This document shows, in pieces, positions 9,616 through 19,369 of a stretch of DNA of 64,000 nucleotides. The stretch comes from Candidatus Zhuqueibacterota bacterium (lineage in GTDB: Bacteria > Zhuqueibacterota > Zhuqueibacteria > Thermofontimicrobiales > Thermofontimicrobiaceae): the NCBI GenBank assembly GCA_034506395.1, contig JAPDPQ010000004.1, positions 144,631-208,630 of the forward strand, in the 5' to 3' direction. The position numbers and the translations under genes are program-made. How positions within the stretch are numbered: position 1 is the first letter of the stretch; each line of letters starts with the position of its first letter. Under the pieces are notes generated by a model. It worked only from the letters and a program-made list of their open reading frames with translations. It searched no databases and was not told the DNA's origin.

Positions 9616-11412
9616 TTATAGATTGGGATGTTTCAAATGGAAATCAGTCGCATCCTGATACGTTTTGGCGACCAGCAGAGTTTCAGCTTCATGGAAGAGT
9701 TTTCCGATGAAGGAAATACTCGTGGGAGAACCTTGCTCATTGAATCCATTGGGAACCACCACAGCCGGATGCCCGGTCAAATTGGTTAGCAGCAGCACAT
9801 CGCCGCCATAAGACGGCGTCACAAATACATCGATTTGGGACATCAGTTTCGCCATGGCGTGCATGATCAAGGTGCGCACTCGATTGGCTTGAATATATTC
9901 GACGGCTGGGATCAATCGCGAATGACGAAACACATTGGGCCAAGCGTTTTTGATCTGTCGGACCAGCAGGTCATCTCGATTGGAACGAGTGAGATCATCG
10001 AAGGCGGCAGCAGCTTCGGCATTGAGAATGAAACGCAGAGCGCTCACAGGAAAATCGGGCAATTCAATCGGGATCAAATTGATCCCTTTTGATCGCAGCA
10101 GATCTAATACAGCTTCGTCATTGGCTTTGGCCTGATTGTTTTCACGATCCGCTTCAAATGCACTTTTTAAATATCCGATTCGCAATTTCCTGACATCCTG
10201 ATTTGCGTTCCAGTTGAACGGCAAATTTACAACCGTGAGATCCTTGCCGTCTGGACCATAGATCGCATCAAACACCAGCGCGCAATCTTCGACCGAACGA
10301 CAAATAGGGCCGATTTTATCCATGCTCCAACTCAACGCCATTGCGCCATAGCGACTGATGCGACCGAATGTAGGGCGCAGCCCAGTCACGCCGCAGCGGG
10401 TTGATGGAGAAACGATCGAACCGTATGTCTCTGTGCCGATACTGAAGCCCACCAATCCAGCCGCGGTTGCCGCGGCCGGCCCAGCCGAAGAGCCGCTGGA
10501 TCCCTGGGTCAAATTCCAGGGATTTTTGGTCGTGCCGCCAAACCAGACGTCTCCCCAGGCTAGTTCTCCCATGGTTAGCTTGGCGATCAACACTGCACCT
10601 GCTCGCTCCAGTCGCTCCACTACCGTAGCATCATAATCCAGCATTTGATCCTTATGCGTCATTGCTCCCCAGGTGGTTCGATAGCCCTTGGTGGCTAATA
10701 GATCCTTTGCGCCCCAGGGGATACCATGCAGCGGTCCACGATATTTTCCAGCCGCAATTTCTTTGTCTGCTTGCGTCGCTTGTCGTAATGCAAGCTCCTC
10801 GGTTAATGTGATTACGCATTGCAATTTCTCATCATATCGCTTTAACCGTTCCAGATACATTTTGGTCAATTCCAGGGAACTGATTCTTTTTGTCTTGATT
10901 AATTGAGCCAGATGCGTGACTGGCAAAAACGCAAGCTCCTCTAAATTCGCCGTGACCTTGGGAGCCAAAACGCGGCTGGTTTTGATGGGTAATTTCTTGG
11001 TTTCGAACATCATCCCTGGGAGAATCGGATTGAATTGGAGAGCTGGCGGTACGCTATTGTCCAGAGGAATGGTTCTAATTTTTTCATAAGCTGCCAGATT
11101 TTCATTCACCCCCTCCACCATTAGCTCCCGTTCAGCCTCAGTGAACTTCAGACCAGCAATTGTTTCAGCCTCTTGGATCGCGGACTTGGAGATTTTTTGC
11201 TCATCTGCTTTCTGATATTTTGCCCAGAGATGCTTCGGAAATAAAGCAGAGAAAATACCAAAGCTCGACAATAAGCCACAAAACTTGCGTCGATTTAAAT
11301 CCGATTGAAATAGCATAAGAATATTCCCTCCCATGATTTTACTGGCCTTCGAATAGCCGGTGATTCGCAATGAGCGCAAAGTAATCCTCTTTGTGAGAAA
11401 TACAGCGAGCAA
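9616..11412 (-). CDS. Amidase-signature family amidase with a Tat-type signal; probable start at 11316 (SD GGGAGGG 7 nt upstream)
   Basis: Gly/Ser-rich amidase-signature stretch GGSSGSSAGPAAATAAG...GTETYGS; N-terminal NRRKFCGLLSSFG twin-arginine motif. Confidence 0.85.
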   Translation of the reverse strand: MLAVFLTKRITLRSLRITGYSKASKIMGGNILMLFQSDLNRRKFCGLLSSFGIFSALFPKHLWAKYQKADEQKISKSAIQEAETIAGLKFTEAERELMVEGVNENLAAYEKIRTIPLDNSVPPALQFNPILPGMMFETKKLPIKTSRVLAPKVTANLEELAFLPVTHLAQLIKTKRISSLELTKMYLERLKRYDEKLQCVITLTEELALRQATQADKEIAAGKYRGPLHGIPWGAKDLLATKGYRTTWGAMTHKDQMLDYDATVVERLERAGAVLIAKLTMGELAWGDVWFGGTTKNPWNLTQGSSGSSAGPAAATAAGLVGFSIGTETYGSIVSPSTRCGVTGLRPTFGRISRYGAMALSWSMDKIGPICRSVEDCALVFDAIYGPDGKDLTVVNLPFNWNANQDVRKLRIGYLKSAFEADRENNQAKANDEAVLDLLRSKGINLIPIELPDFPVSALRFILNAEAAAAFDDLTRSNRDDLLVRQIKNAWPNVFRHSRLIPAVEYIQANRVRTLIMHAMAKLMSQIDVFVTPSYGGDVLLLTNLTGHPAVVVPNGFNEQGSPTSISFIGKLFHEAETLLVAKTYQDATDFHLKHPNL

Positions 11413-11523
11413 TTTCCTTGTTGAATCGATTGAAGAAAAGATTCCTTACTCCAATCGGAAAAATGTGGATTAATTTCATGGAGATTATCCTAGCAGGTGG
11501 ATTCGATCATGCATCCGAAAAAG

Positions 11524-14235
11524 TTATTTTCCCAGCTTGGGATAGAGTTCATCCCACCATTGGGGTTGTCCTTTTAGCCATTTATCGAACCACGCTAAAA
11601 TAGTTTTCGTCCATTTGATTCGCTTGTTATAGTTCAAAATGTGGTGGTCCTGCCCTTCGACTTCAATGAGCTCTACCTCCCTGCCGAGCAATTTAAGTGC
11701 AGTATAAAGCTGGCGGCTCTCACCTGGCGGGACGTTGGTGTCATCCGAACCGTGCAATAACAGTAATGGCGTCTTAATCTTATCGGCATGAAACAAGGGG
11801 CTCTGCCCAATATAGATGTCTTTTCGATTCCATGGGAAGCTATTGGCTGTTGCGACGGCACTGTAGATATAGCCCCAATATCCCTCACCCCAATAGCTGG
11901 AAATGGAGCTAATGCCAGCGTGAGCCACGGCTGCGGCAAAAATATCGGTTTTCGTTAATAACAGCATTGTCATGAACCCACCATAAGAAGCTCCTAAACA
12001 ACCGACGCGATGCTCATCGACGAACGGATGAGCGGCAAGAAATTTCTTTACCCCATCGATGATTTCGTCTGCCACAATCATCCCCCAATCGTTCACGTGT
12101 AGAGCTGAAAATTCCTGACCATACCCAACTGCGCCACTCGGCTGCAACACATAGACGATATATCCATTGGCAGCATAAAGGTTCTTCGGGTACCTGCCGC
12201 CAAAATCACGCGTAACTGGCGAGGTCCCACCATAATAATACACGATGCATGGGTACTTCTTGGATGGATCAAAATCTGGCGGGTAATAGACATGCCCATC
12301 GATCTCTACATTCCGCGAATTCTTGAAGGTCCAGTTTTCAACTCTGCCGAACACCACATGTCGGAAACTCTCTGCTTCAGGATCAGCCAATAAACGGAAT
12401 TTTCTCGTCTTCAAATCAATGCTGAATGCTTTGGTTGGCCTGGAACTGCTGGAGCCAGAGTAGACTGCCATTGGTCGATTGAGCGCCAGATCGAAGTTGC
12501 TCAGCACTTCAACGCCAGTGTCGATCCGTTCGAACCTTTTTTTGCTCAGGTCATAACGATAAAGTTGTCGCAAAGAACGATCAGTGGTGGTGAAATAAAT
12601 GCAATTTTCCAACTTGCTCCAGACTGCTTGTCCAATAGTGGGATTGAAATCGCGAGTGATTGGCTCAGCGCGGCGAGATTTTAAGTCATAAATATAAGCT
12701 TGGGTATCGTAATCATTCGGAATTTTTCCTTCAGAGACGTTGATCCCCAGGCCACCGAACATGGAAGGGCCACCTGTTACAAGTAATTTGGTGCCGTCAG
12801 GGGACCATTGCACAGTTCCAGACCAGGGGCTGGTCCATAATGTATCCACGGTCATATCGGCAAGATCGAGGATGAAAACCTCTTGCTTGGAATATGGCCG
12901 TTCGGTGAAATCTTCGTAAGAACGACTGAACAATAGCTTTTTGCTATCAGGACTTATGCTATTCAATTCGGTAGATAGCAATCCACTGGTCAGACGCTGC
13001 CGAGTACCTTGCGGAACATTAAGCCGATACAGAAAAGTGCGATTTCTCCAGCCGGATTGTCGGTCTGGCATGCCTTCTAACTTTTTTAATCCAGATTTAT
13101 CTGTCTCCGATTTTTCAATTATGCTGTAAATGATAAAAGTGCCATTTGGTGCCCAAGTATGCTGACCGAGATCCTTAACCCGCTCCATAATTGCAGTTGC
13201 AGTGCCTTGGTCCAAATCAACGATCCATAACGTGGCTCCCTCTTTGCCAGAGCTTGTATACGAGAATTTTCTGCCAATGGGTGACCAGTTGACATCACTG
13301 ACTTGTATTCCCCCGCGATAAGTGTTCACCAACTTGCCGTCATTCGTCCGTCGCAATTCAATCCACGATTCCGAGTCATCGCTGGGAGGTAAACTCTGGC
13401 GCATTTTGATTGCAGTCAGCTCCCCATCAGGAGAGACCGAAACCGAAACCAATTTGGGGCCATCGAGCAAATGTCTGATGGATTTTTGTTGCTGGGGCGA
13501 AATTGAAGCGATCAAGTCACTTGTTAACCATGGCTCATCCAATTGCAACGTTGCTTTTAAACGGAATGGAGAATGATTGACTGGATCCTTCAATAATTTA
13601 ATTGCAAGCAAATGTTTTCCGGTCTCTAACTTGATCTCCTGAGTGATTTTTCCTGCTGCGACATCGGTGGAATCATCTTTGGGTTGTTCCGAAGATGTTT
13701 TCTCCGTCATCTTCTGACCATCGACAAATACCTGAAACAAATGATGACTATAAACCGATAATTTGATTTTCATCCATCGCTTTGCCTCGATATAGGAAGC
13801 TATATAGAACATTTGCGGAAGATCATTATTCGGCGTGGAAAATTCGATCCACCCCATCGTATTCGCAGATAAGTGGATCCATCGAAAGGAATGCGATTCG
13901 TCCCATTGAAAGACCTCGCCCTCGCTAGGCCATAGCTTATCCACGGACAAGTGCTCAAACGCTAAAAGACTTTTCATGTCAAACTGTTTGCCATTGAGGT
14001 TTTTCGTATCATGAAAAATTGGCAGCCGAGCTTCCATCGGTCCGATCCCTAACCAATCAGCAATTTGGATTTCAGATTTGTCCGATTCAGCATTGGATGG
14101 GACCAAGAACCACCAGAGGGTGACAGCAAAAATTAACAAAATTGCGGCGGTAAAATTCAAAAATCGTCTGCTCATCGATTTGCTCCCAATGAATGGAATT
14201 GGTGAAAAGTGTATTGGAGAATGACAAAAGCTCAA
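11524..14235 (-). CDS. S9 prolyl-oligopeptidase-family serine peptidase with beta-propeller and an extra N-terminal domain; probable start at 14175 (MSRRFLNF...)
   Basis: C-terminal catalytic domain with GASYGGFMT (GxSxGG) and LLLHGSDDTNV (Asp and His region); a TolB-like propeller precedes it. Confidence 0.85.
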   Translation of the reverse strand: MSFCHSPIHFSPIPFIGSKSMSRRFLNFTAAILLIFAVTLWWFLVPSNAESDKSEIQIADWLGIGPMEARLPIFHDTKNLNGKQFDMKSLLAFEHLSVDKLWPSEGEVFQWDESHSFRWIHLSANTMGWIEFSTPNNDLPQMFYIASYIEAKRWMKIKLSVYSHHLFQVFVDGQKMTEKTSSEQPKDDSTDVAAGKITQEIKLETGKHLLAIKLLKDPVNHSPFRLKATLQLDEPWLTSDLIASISPQQQKSIRHLLDGPKLVSVSVSPDGELTAIKMRQSLPPSDDSESWIELRRTNDGKLVNTYRGGIQVSDVNWSPIGRKFSYTSSGKEGATLWIVDLDQGTATAIMERVKDLGQHTWAPNGTFIIYSIIEKSETDKSGLKKLEGMPDRQSGWRNRTFLYRLNVPQGTRQRLTSGLLSTELNSISPDSKKLLFSRSYEDFTERPYSKQEVFILDLADMTVDTLWTSPWSGTVQWSPDGTKLLVTGGPSMFGGLGINVSEGKIPNDYDTQAYIYDLKSRRAEPITRDFNPTIGQAVWSKLENCIYFTTTDRSLRQLYRYDLSKKRFERIDTGVEVLSNFDLALNRPMAVYSGSSSSRPTKAFSIDLKTRKFRLLADPEAESFRHVVFGRVENWTFKNSRNVEIDGHVYYPPDFDPSKKYPCIVYYYGGTSPVTRDFGGRYPKNLYAANGYIVYVLQPSGAVGYGQEFSALHVNDWGMIVADEIIDGVKKFLAAHPFVDEHRVGCLGASYGGFMTMLLLTKTDIFAAAVAHAGISSISSYWGEGYWGYIYSAVATANSFPWNRKDIYIGQSPLFHADKIKTPLLLLHGSDDTNVPPGESRQLYTALKLLGREVELIEVEGQDHHILNYNKRIKWTKTILAWFDKWLKGQPQWWDELYPKLGK

Positions 14236-14240
14236 GGCTT

Positions 14241-15128
14241 TTATCGAAACACCCGATACTTTTTAACGAATCCAACTGGTTGATAGCTCATCTTTGCCTG
14301 GCGTAAGCCTGGATCGCCTAGATCTTGTTCGCGATTGATGAACTTATAATTTTCTGGCAAAATTGAAGCAAAGCATTGATTGACGAACTGATAGATACCC
14401 TTATATTTTCCCAGTGCCTTTTCGAAATGAATGACAAAGCTTTTCCCGTGGGCCAACTCTTCTCCAAGCGTAAAAGCAGCGGGCTCCCCTTCAACATAAT
14501 AGATCCCGCCACACAGTTGCAGCTCCTCAGCTTTCTCCAGGGCCTCTTTATTGGCCAAATAGTCGCCAGGATTATCGCGGCCATTGCGCCATAACTCCAG
14601 AACCCGAATTGCATCAGGGATGAAATTTTCCAACAAAGGTTTTCCCTCATAGTTATAATTGTTGATAAAGGCATTGACCAAATTTTTCTTTTTATGATAT
14701 TTTCTCCCAGCCAATTTGGCCAGTTCCTCCCGATCATAGAGGTAATCAAAATTATCGCGATCCTCGAGCACACGGTACCCCCAAGCCTCAAGGGTTTTCG
14801 CTTGAGCTTCCGTGGCAGCCTTCATGGATTTGTGATGATCAAAAAGCATCGCCACTTTTGTTTGATCTGGTAATCCAAACGGAAGCATAAAAAACGGCTT
14901 TCCATCATCGTTTCCTAAGATGACCAGCAGTTCATCATCAAGCTGAGATAATCGATATTGGTGCGTTTTTCGAAACAGATAAATATTCGCAAAAGAGAAC
15001 TCGGAAACGCCCTCGGATAAGGTCTGAAATTTTGGATGTAGAATTGGCCTCAAATTCAGTGTAATTTCGGTTGATTCTGGATAGAGGGGTATCATAATTT
15101 GTTCTTCATGAATGAGAATTATCAACAA
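14241..15128 (-). CDS. DUF2156 domain protein (homolog of the lysyl-phosphatidylglycerol synthase C-terminal domain)
   Basis: Motifs KYHKKKN, HFEKA and REQDLGDPGLRQAKMSYQP resemble the DUF2156/LPG_synthase_C family, recalled from memory. Confidence 0.5.
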   Translation of the reverse strand: MLIILIHEEQIMIPLYPESTEITLNLRPILHPKFQTLSEGVSEFSFANIYLFRKTHQYRLSQLDDELLVILGNDDGKPFFMLPFGLPDQTKVAMLFDHHKSMKAATEAQAKTLEAWGYRVLEDRDNFDYLYDREELAKLAGRKYHKKKNLVNAFINNYNYEGKPLLENFIPDAIRVLELWRNGRDNPGDYLANKEALEKAEELQLCGGIYYVEGEPAAFTLGEELAHGKSFVIHFEKALGKYKGIYQFVNQCFASILPENYKFINREQDLGDPGLRQAKMSYQPVGFVKKYRVFR

Positions 15129-15517
15129 TGTTCAAACTATTTACCGTTATTCGAATAGATCCTCACGAATGATTCCATAACCATTTTTCCCCGATGGGCC
15201 ATTGAACACAACCTTTAGGGGTTCAAAAAATAATGCTTTTCAATTAATGGACAGCTATGGAACACAAAATTGAAGCGAGCGTACTTGATTCGACAAAAAT
15301 TTTATGAATGAATCATAATCATAAAAATAATGCGCTAAAATACGAAATTAAAGTTACAAAATCAAGATTTCTTTTCTCAACGGTAAGATAAGCATACAAC
15401 AGGATTTCTTCATCCAAAGATGATAAACAAATTCAGATTGAAGCGGTACAGTGAATAAAGCAATGCGCGGTTTGAGGAAATTTATTTTAAAATTTTCGAA
15501 ATTGAAAATAATTTCTC

Positions 15518-15546
15518 TTGACTATTTCGATCGTTTTCATTATATT
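15518..15546 (+). promoter_or_regulatory. Sigma70-like promoter: TTGACT (15518-15523), 17-nt spacer, TATATT (15541-15546)
   Basis: Consensus-like hexamers read directly; the next ATG is at 15557, implying a very short leader. Confidence 0.4.
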
Positions 15547-15556
15547 TTTATCCGCT

Positions 15557-15826
15557 ATGAAAAAAGATAAGTCAAAAGATAGAGTGACGAAAAAGCGTGT
15601 GGGGCAAATTTCATTTGGCCGTGAAAATTATATCATTTTTTTGATCGGCATCCTCACATTGGTGTTAGGCTACATTTTTTTGGCCCAAGGTCCAGCTGAT
15701 AGTTTTTGGTCACTTACTTTAGCTCCAATTTTGCTGGTGCTAAGCTATTGCGTGATTATCCCGATAGCGATTTTGTATCGCAGAAAAAGCTCTGGAGCTC
15801 AATCTGAGCCTTCTCAGCAATCATGA
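15557..15826 (+). CDS. Small two-TM membrane protein, DUF3098-like (89 aa, MKKDKSKDRVTKK...)
   Basis: The ORF track extends it from a TTG inside the promoter; the ATG at 15557 gives a basic N-terminus followed by two hydrophobic helices. Confidence 0.5.
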   Translation: MKKDKSKDRVTKKRVGQISFGRENYIIFLIGILTLVLGYIFLAQGPADSFWSLTLAPILLVLSYCVIIPIAILYRRKSSGAQSEPSQQS

Positions 15827-15907
15827 GAAATTGCTGGGGAACATTTGCAGGGATAATTGCGTTATGGATTCAGCATTAGATCAAAAAGAGGACGGAATTA
15901 ATCAAAC

Positions 15908-15982
15908 GGGCGATTAGCTCAGGTGGTTTAGAGCGCCTGCCTTACAAGCAGGAGGTCACTGGTTCAAGTCCAGTATTGCCCA
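15908..15982 (+). tRNA. tRNA-Val (anticodon TAC)
   Basis: Cloverleaf folded by hand: acceptor GGGCGAT/ATTGCCC, anticodon loop CTTACAA, T-arm GGTTCAAGTCC. Confidence 0.85.
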
Positions 15983-16042
15983 CAATCTGAAGTAATGAGA
16001 AAAACGTGAGCTTTACTATAGATCAACAAATTTAGCAAATAA

Positions 16043-16116
16043 GGGGTCGTGGTGCAGTTGGTTAGCACATCGGCCTGTCAAGCCGAAGGTCGCGGGTTCG
16101 AGCCCCGTCGGCCCCG
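16043..16116 (+). tRNA. tRNA-Asp (anticodon GTC)
   Basis: Acceptor GGGGTCG/CGGCCCC, anticodon loop CTGTCAA, T-arm GGTTCGAGCCCCG; close to E. coli tRNA-Asp. Confidence 0.85.
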
Positions 16117-16123
16117 CTAAAAA

Positions 16124-16156
16124 GGGCTATCATTCATTCTGATAGCCCTTTTTTTT
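16124..16156 (+). terminator. Rho-independent terminator after the tRNA pair
   Basis: GGGCTATCA ... TGATAGCCC stem followed by T8. Confidence 0.8.
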
Positions 16157-16206
16157 CTATGGGGTGAAACGCTTTTGCCTGAAAGCATCCAAATCCATGG
16201 TCGAAA

Positions 16207-16860
16207 TTGGGGTTACCATCTAACCGAATACAACCAAATCCAAACATGTTTAATGATGAATACGTTACCATAAGTGATGAACAAAGTGCTGAATTAAAAG
16301 TGAAGGGGTCTTTGTTCATCGGAACTGCATCTCCTGTCGCCACAATCAATCAGGCTCAAGAGTTTATCCAACGGATTTCACAAAAATATTTTGATGCGAC
16401 CCATCATTGCTATGCCTATCAGCTCGGTTGGGCTTCATCTGCAGTTTATCGAATGAGCGATGCTGGCGAGCCATCGGGAACGGCTGGACAGCCGATCCTC
16501 TCGGTCATCAAAGGCAAGGGATTGACCAACATTTGCGTAATCGTGACGCGGTATTTCGGTGGGACTAAGCTTGGCAAGGGAGGATTGGCACGGGCTTACG
16601 CAGATTGCGCACATCTGGTTCTCGAGCGATGCACCATTATAACAAATTACCTTGCCCAACGATTAGAACTCCATTTTGATTATCAATTAACCAATCCAGT
16701 AATGAGCGTCCTTTCATCGTTCCAGGCAACCATTCATCGTTCTGATTTCGATCAACAGGCGCATTTGGTCACGTCGATCCGAATCAGCCAAATCGATAAT
16801 TTCAAGCGCCAATTGATCGAGGCGACATCCGGAAAAATCCGAATTCAACCTGTTAGCTAA
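16207..16860 (+). CDS. yigZ: YigZ/IMPACT-family protein (UPF0029); the start may be the internal MFNDEY at 16246
   Basis: Family signature SDAGEPSGTAGQPIL. Confidence 0.8.
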   Translation: MGLPSNRIQPNPNMFNDEYVTISDEQSAELKVKGSLFIGTASPVATINQAQEFIQRISQKYFDATHHCYAYQLGWASSAVYRMSDAGEPSGTAGQPILSVIKGKGLTNICVIVTRYFGGTKLGKGGLARAYADCAHLVLERCTIITNYLAQRLELHFDYQLTNPVMSVLSSFQATIHRSDFDQQAHLVTSIRISQIDNFKRQLIEATSGKIRIQPVS

Positions 16861-18090
16861 ATGGAAATTCTATTCGTCATTTTGGCCCTTCTGCTATCTG
16901 CATTTTTTTCCAGTTCAGAAACGGCCTTTTTATCTGCCAGCCGGCTTAAAATCGAAGTTTTGCACCGGCGGAAAATCAAAGGCGCAAAGCTGGTCTATAA
17001 CTTTATCAAGCAGCCAGAGTCATTTATCGTGACTGCACTCATCGGTAACAATTTCAGCAATGTGTTATTTACATCGCTCATTGTGCTGATACTTCGTGGA
17101 TCGGTTCAGGATTTTATGCTGGTCATCATTTCTACTGGGCTGCTATTGATATTTGCTGAAATCATCCCCAAGGTCATCGCCTGGGAGTTCGCCAATCAGC
17201 TAATTCTATCTTTCGGACGTTTGCTGTATTTTTACAAAATAATTTTCAGTCCGCTCAGCTACCTCCTGATTGGTCTTTCAAACTTCCTAATGCGCCGATT
17301 CAAGATCTCCGATGAAAAGTCGATTCCACAAATTCTTACACGCAGCGATGTTCAGAAATACATTTATGAGAGTGAAAAATACGGGATCATTGAGTCGGAG
17401 GAGCGGGAGATCATCAGCCGGATTTTTGATCTGCGCACTACTCGGGTTAAAGAGACCATGGTCCCGAGAACTGAGATCATCGCAATGAGCATCGAATCAT
17501 CTATCGATGATCTGATTGATAAAATTAATGAAACTGGCGTCTCCCGGTTGCCGATTTACGATAAGGACATCGACAACATTGTGGCAGTTGTTTATGCAAA
17601 AGACCTCTTTTTTAATCCTAAAGAGCTTAAAGAAATCTGCGAAGAGATTCTTTATGTACCAGAGACGAAATCCGCCTTTGAATTATTAAAGGAATTTCAA
17701 CGGCAAAAAATAAGCATTGCAGTCGTGTTGGACGAATATGGCGGGACGGCTGGACTGGTGACCCTTGAAGATCTCATTGAAGAGCTTTTCGGCGAAATCT
17801 ATGATGAGTTCGATCTGGACCATGAACCGATGTATATCATGGAAGATGAACGAACCATCAAAGTGGTTGGCCAGGCTGAAGTGGACGAGCTTAATGAAAA
17901 ATTTGGTTTGGAAATTGAAGAGGGCGATTATACCACGATTGGAGGTTTTATTACAGATAAGTTAGGACGAATCCCTCATCCAGGCGAAAGCATTGATACT
18001 GAACGATACAAAATAATCGTCGAAAAAGCGAGTCGAAAGCGGATTATTTTAGTAAAAATAATTCTGAAAAATCTCAATCAAACGGTTTGA
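16861..18090 (+). CDS. CNNM/HlyC-CorC family transporter (DUF21 + CBS pair + CorC_HlyC)
   Basis: N-terminal four-TM DUF21, a central CBS pair and a C-terminal transporter-associated domain; the ATG directly abuts the yigZ stop. Confidence 0.85.
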   Translation: MEILFVILALLLSAFFSSSETAFLSASRLKIEVLHRRKIKGAKLVYNFIKQPESFIVTALIGNNFSNVLFTSLIVLILRGSVQDFMLVIISTGLLLIFAEIIPKVIAWEFANQLILSFGRLLYFYKIIFSPLSYLLIGLSNFLMRRFKISDEKSIPQILTRSDVQKYIYESEKYGIIESEEREIISRIFDLRTTRVKETMVPRTEIIAMSIESSIDDLIDKINETGVSRLPIYDKDIDNIVAVVYAKDLFFNPKELKEICEEILYVPETKSAFELLKEFQRQKISIAVVLDEYGGTAGLVTLEDLIEELFGEIYDEFDLDHEPMYIMEDERTIKVVGQAEVDELNEKFGLEIEEGDYTTIGGFITDKLGRIPHPGESIDTERYKIIVEKASRKRIILVKIILKNLNQTV

Positions 18091-19160
18091 AATACTATTC
18101 GCCGTTGTTGAATGGCAAATATTTTGACCAGCATCATTCCAACCAAAGAGAAAAAACTGATCAGTGTCAGGGTCCAATATAATCCAATTTTGTCGGCAAG
18201 CGCCCCGATCGGCGTCATCAGTAAGCCGGATGCTCCCCAGCCCATTCCCATCATAATCGAAGATACTAAGCTTGCCTGCCGAGGAAGGATCTGCTGTCCC
18301 AAAACAATGTTAACTGATGTCGATAATTGAATAAACAAGCCCAACAGCGCTAGACAGACCAGATTGCTTCCCATTGGAAGATTAATAAACCCCAATGCAC
18401 ATGGCAAGACAGTAACAAATGAAAGCTGCAACGTTTTTTTGCTGCCGATCCGATCGAACAAATAGCCTCCGATCAGAATTCCTGTCGTCGTGAAAAGTTG
18501 GAAAATGGCCAGCGCAGTTCCGCCGAACACATGGCTCTCCCCTTTTGACGTCAAGTAGAGGGGAATAAAACCAGCGAATGATTGGACCATGGTGGCTCGA
18601 ATCACGACCATCAAATAGAGATTGATCAATAATAACCGATTTAGTTTGGAGCGGTTTTGATGCTGACTCATTGGTTCGCTGATCACAGGATCCGTTTTCC
18701 GAGCCAGAAAAAATTGACCAGCGTAGATCGAGAAAATAAGCGATAGCAACATGGTAAAAATGGCGGATTTGATACCATAGCGATCTGTAATCGGGATAAT
18801 CACAAGACTTCCCAGTGCAACTCCCAATGCTCCAGCCATATTGAATACTGACATTGAAAATCCCTTGCGACAATGATTCACGGTCCCCACGGCAGCAGCA
18901 CCAGCGGGGTGAAACATCGCTGTCCCGAGGCCGCTCATGACCAAAATCAGGATCAATGTGGAATAACGATTTACCCAACCGAGCAATCCCATAAAGATTG
19001 CGGTTATTAATGGGCCAAATACCAGGAAGTAATTTCGGGACAATCGATCTGAGATGACACCAGTGATCGGCTGAACCAGTGAGCTGGAAATCGAGAAGAT
19101 CGATAATAACAATCCTGCAAGTGCCAAAGATAAATTCAATTTCACGACAATAAGCGGCAA
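18078..19160 (-). CDS. MFS transporter; the annotated start is TTG and lacks TM1, and the true 5' end probably extends to about 19297 across a frameshift
   Basis: MFS motif GVISDRLSRN between TM2 and TM3. Upstream, the same frame encodes a TM1-like LWLVTFGHFTTDFYNGFLAPLLP but has no start codon, while ATGATG sits in the +1 frame across an A5 run. Confidence 0.75.
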   Translation of the reverse strand: MPLIVVKLNLSLALAGLLLSIFSISSSLVQPITGVISDRLSRNYFLVFGPLITAIFMGLLGWVNRYSTLILILVMSGLGTAMFHPAGAAAVGTVNHCRKGFSMSVFNMAGALGVALGSLVIIPITDRYGIKSAIFTMLLSLIFSIYAGQFFLARKTDPVISEPMSQHQNRSKLNRLLLINLYLMVVIRATMVQSFAGFIPLYLTSKGESHVFGGTALAIFQLFTTTGILIGGYLFDRIGSKKTLQLSFVTVLPCALGFINLPMGSNLVCLALLGLFIQLSTSVNIVLGQQILPRQASLVSSIMMGMGWGASGLLMTPIGALADKIGLYWTLTLISFFSLVGMMLVKIFAIQQRRIVFQTV

Positions 19161-19369
19161 CAGCGGAGCTAAAAAGCCGTTATAGAAATCCGTGGTAAAA
19201 TGACCAAATGTTACCAGCCAAAGCTTTTTCTGATCGGATATGGTAGCAATATTTTTCTGATGCTTGTGGACCGTTTTTATCCTCCAGATGCATCATGTAA
19301 TGCATTCTCCCCCATCTTCTTATCTCGATGATAGCTCGACATCACCCGAGATTGCGTTCTTCAATCTGC

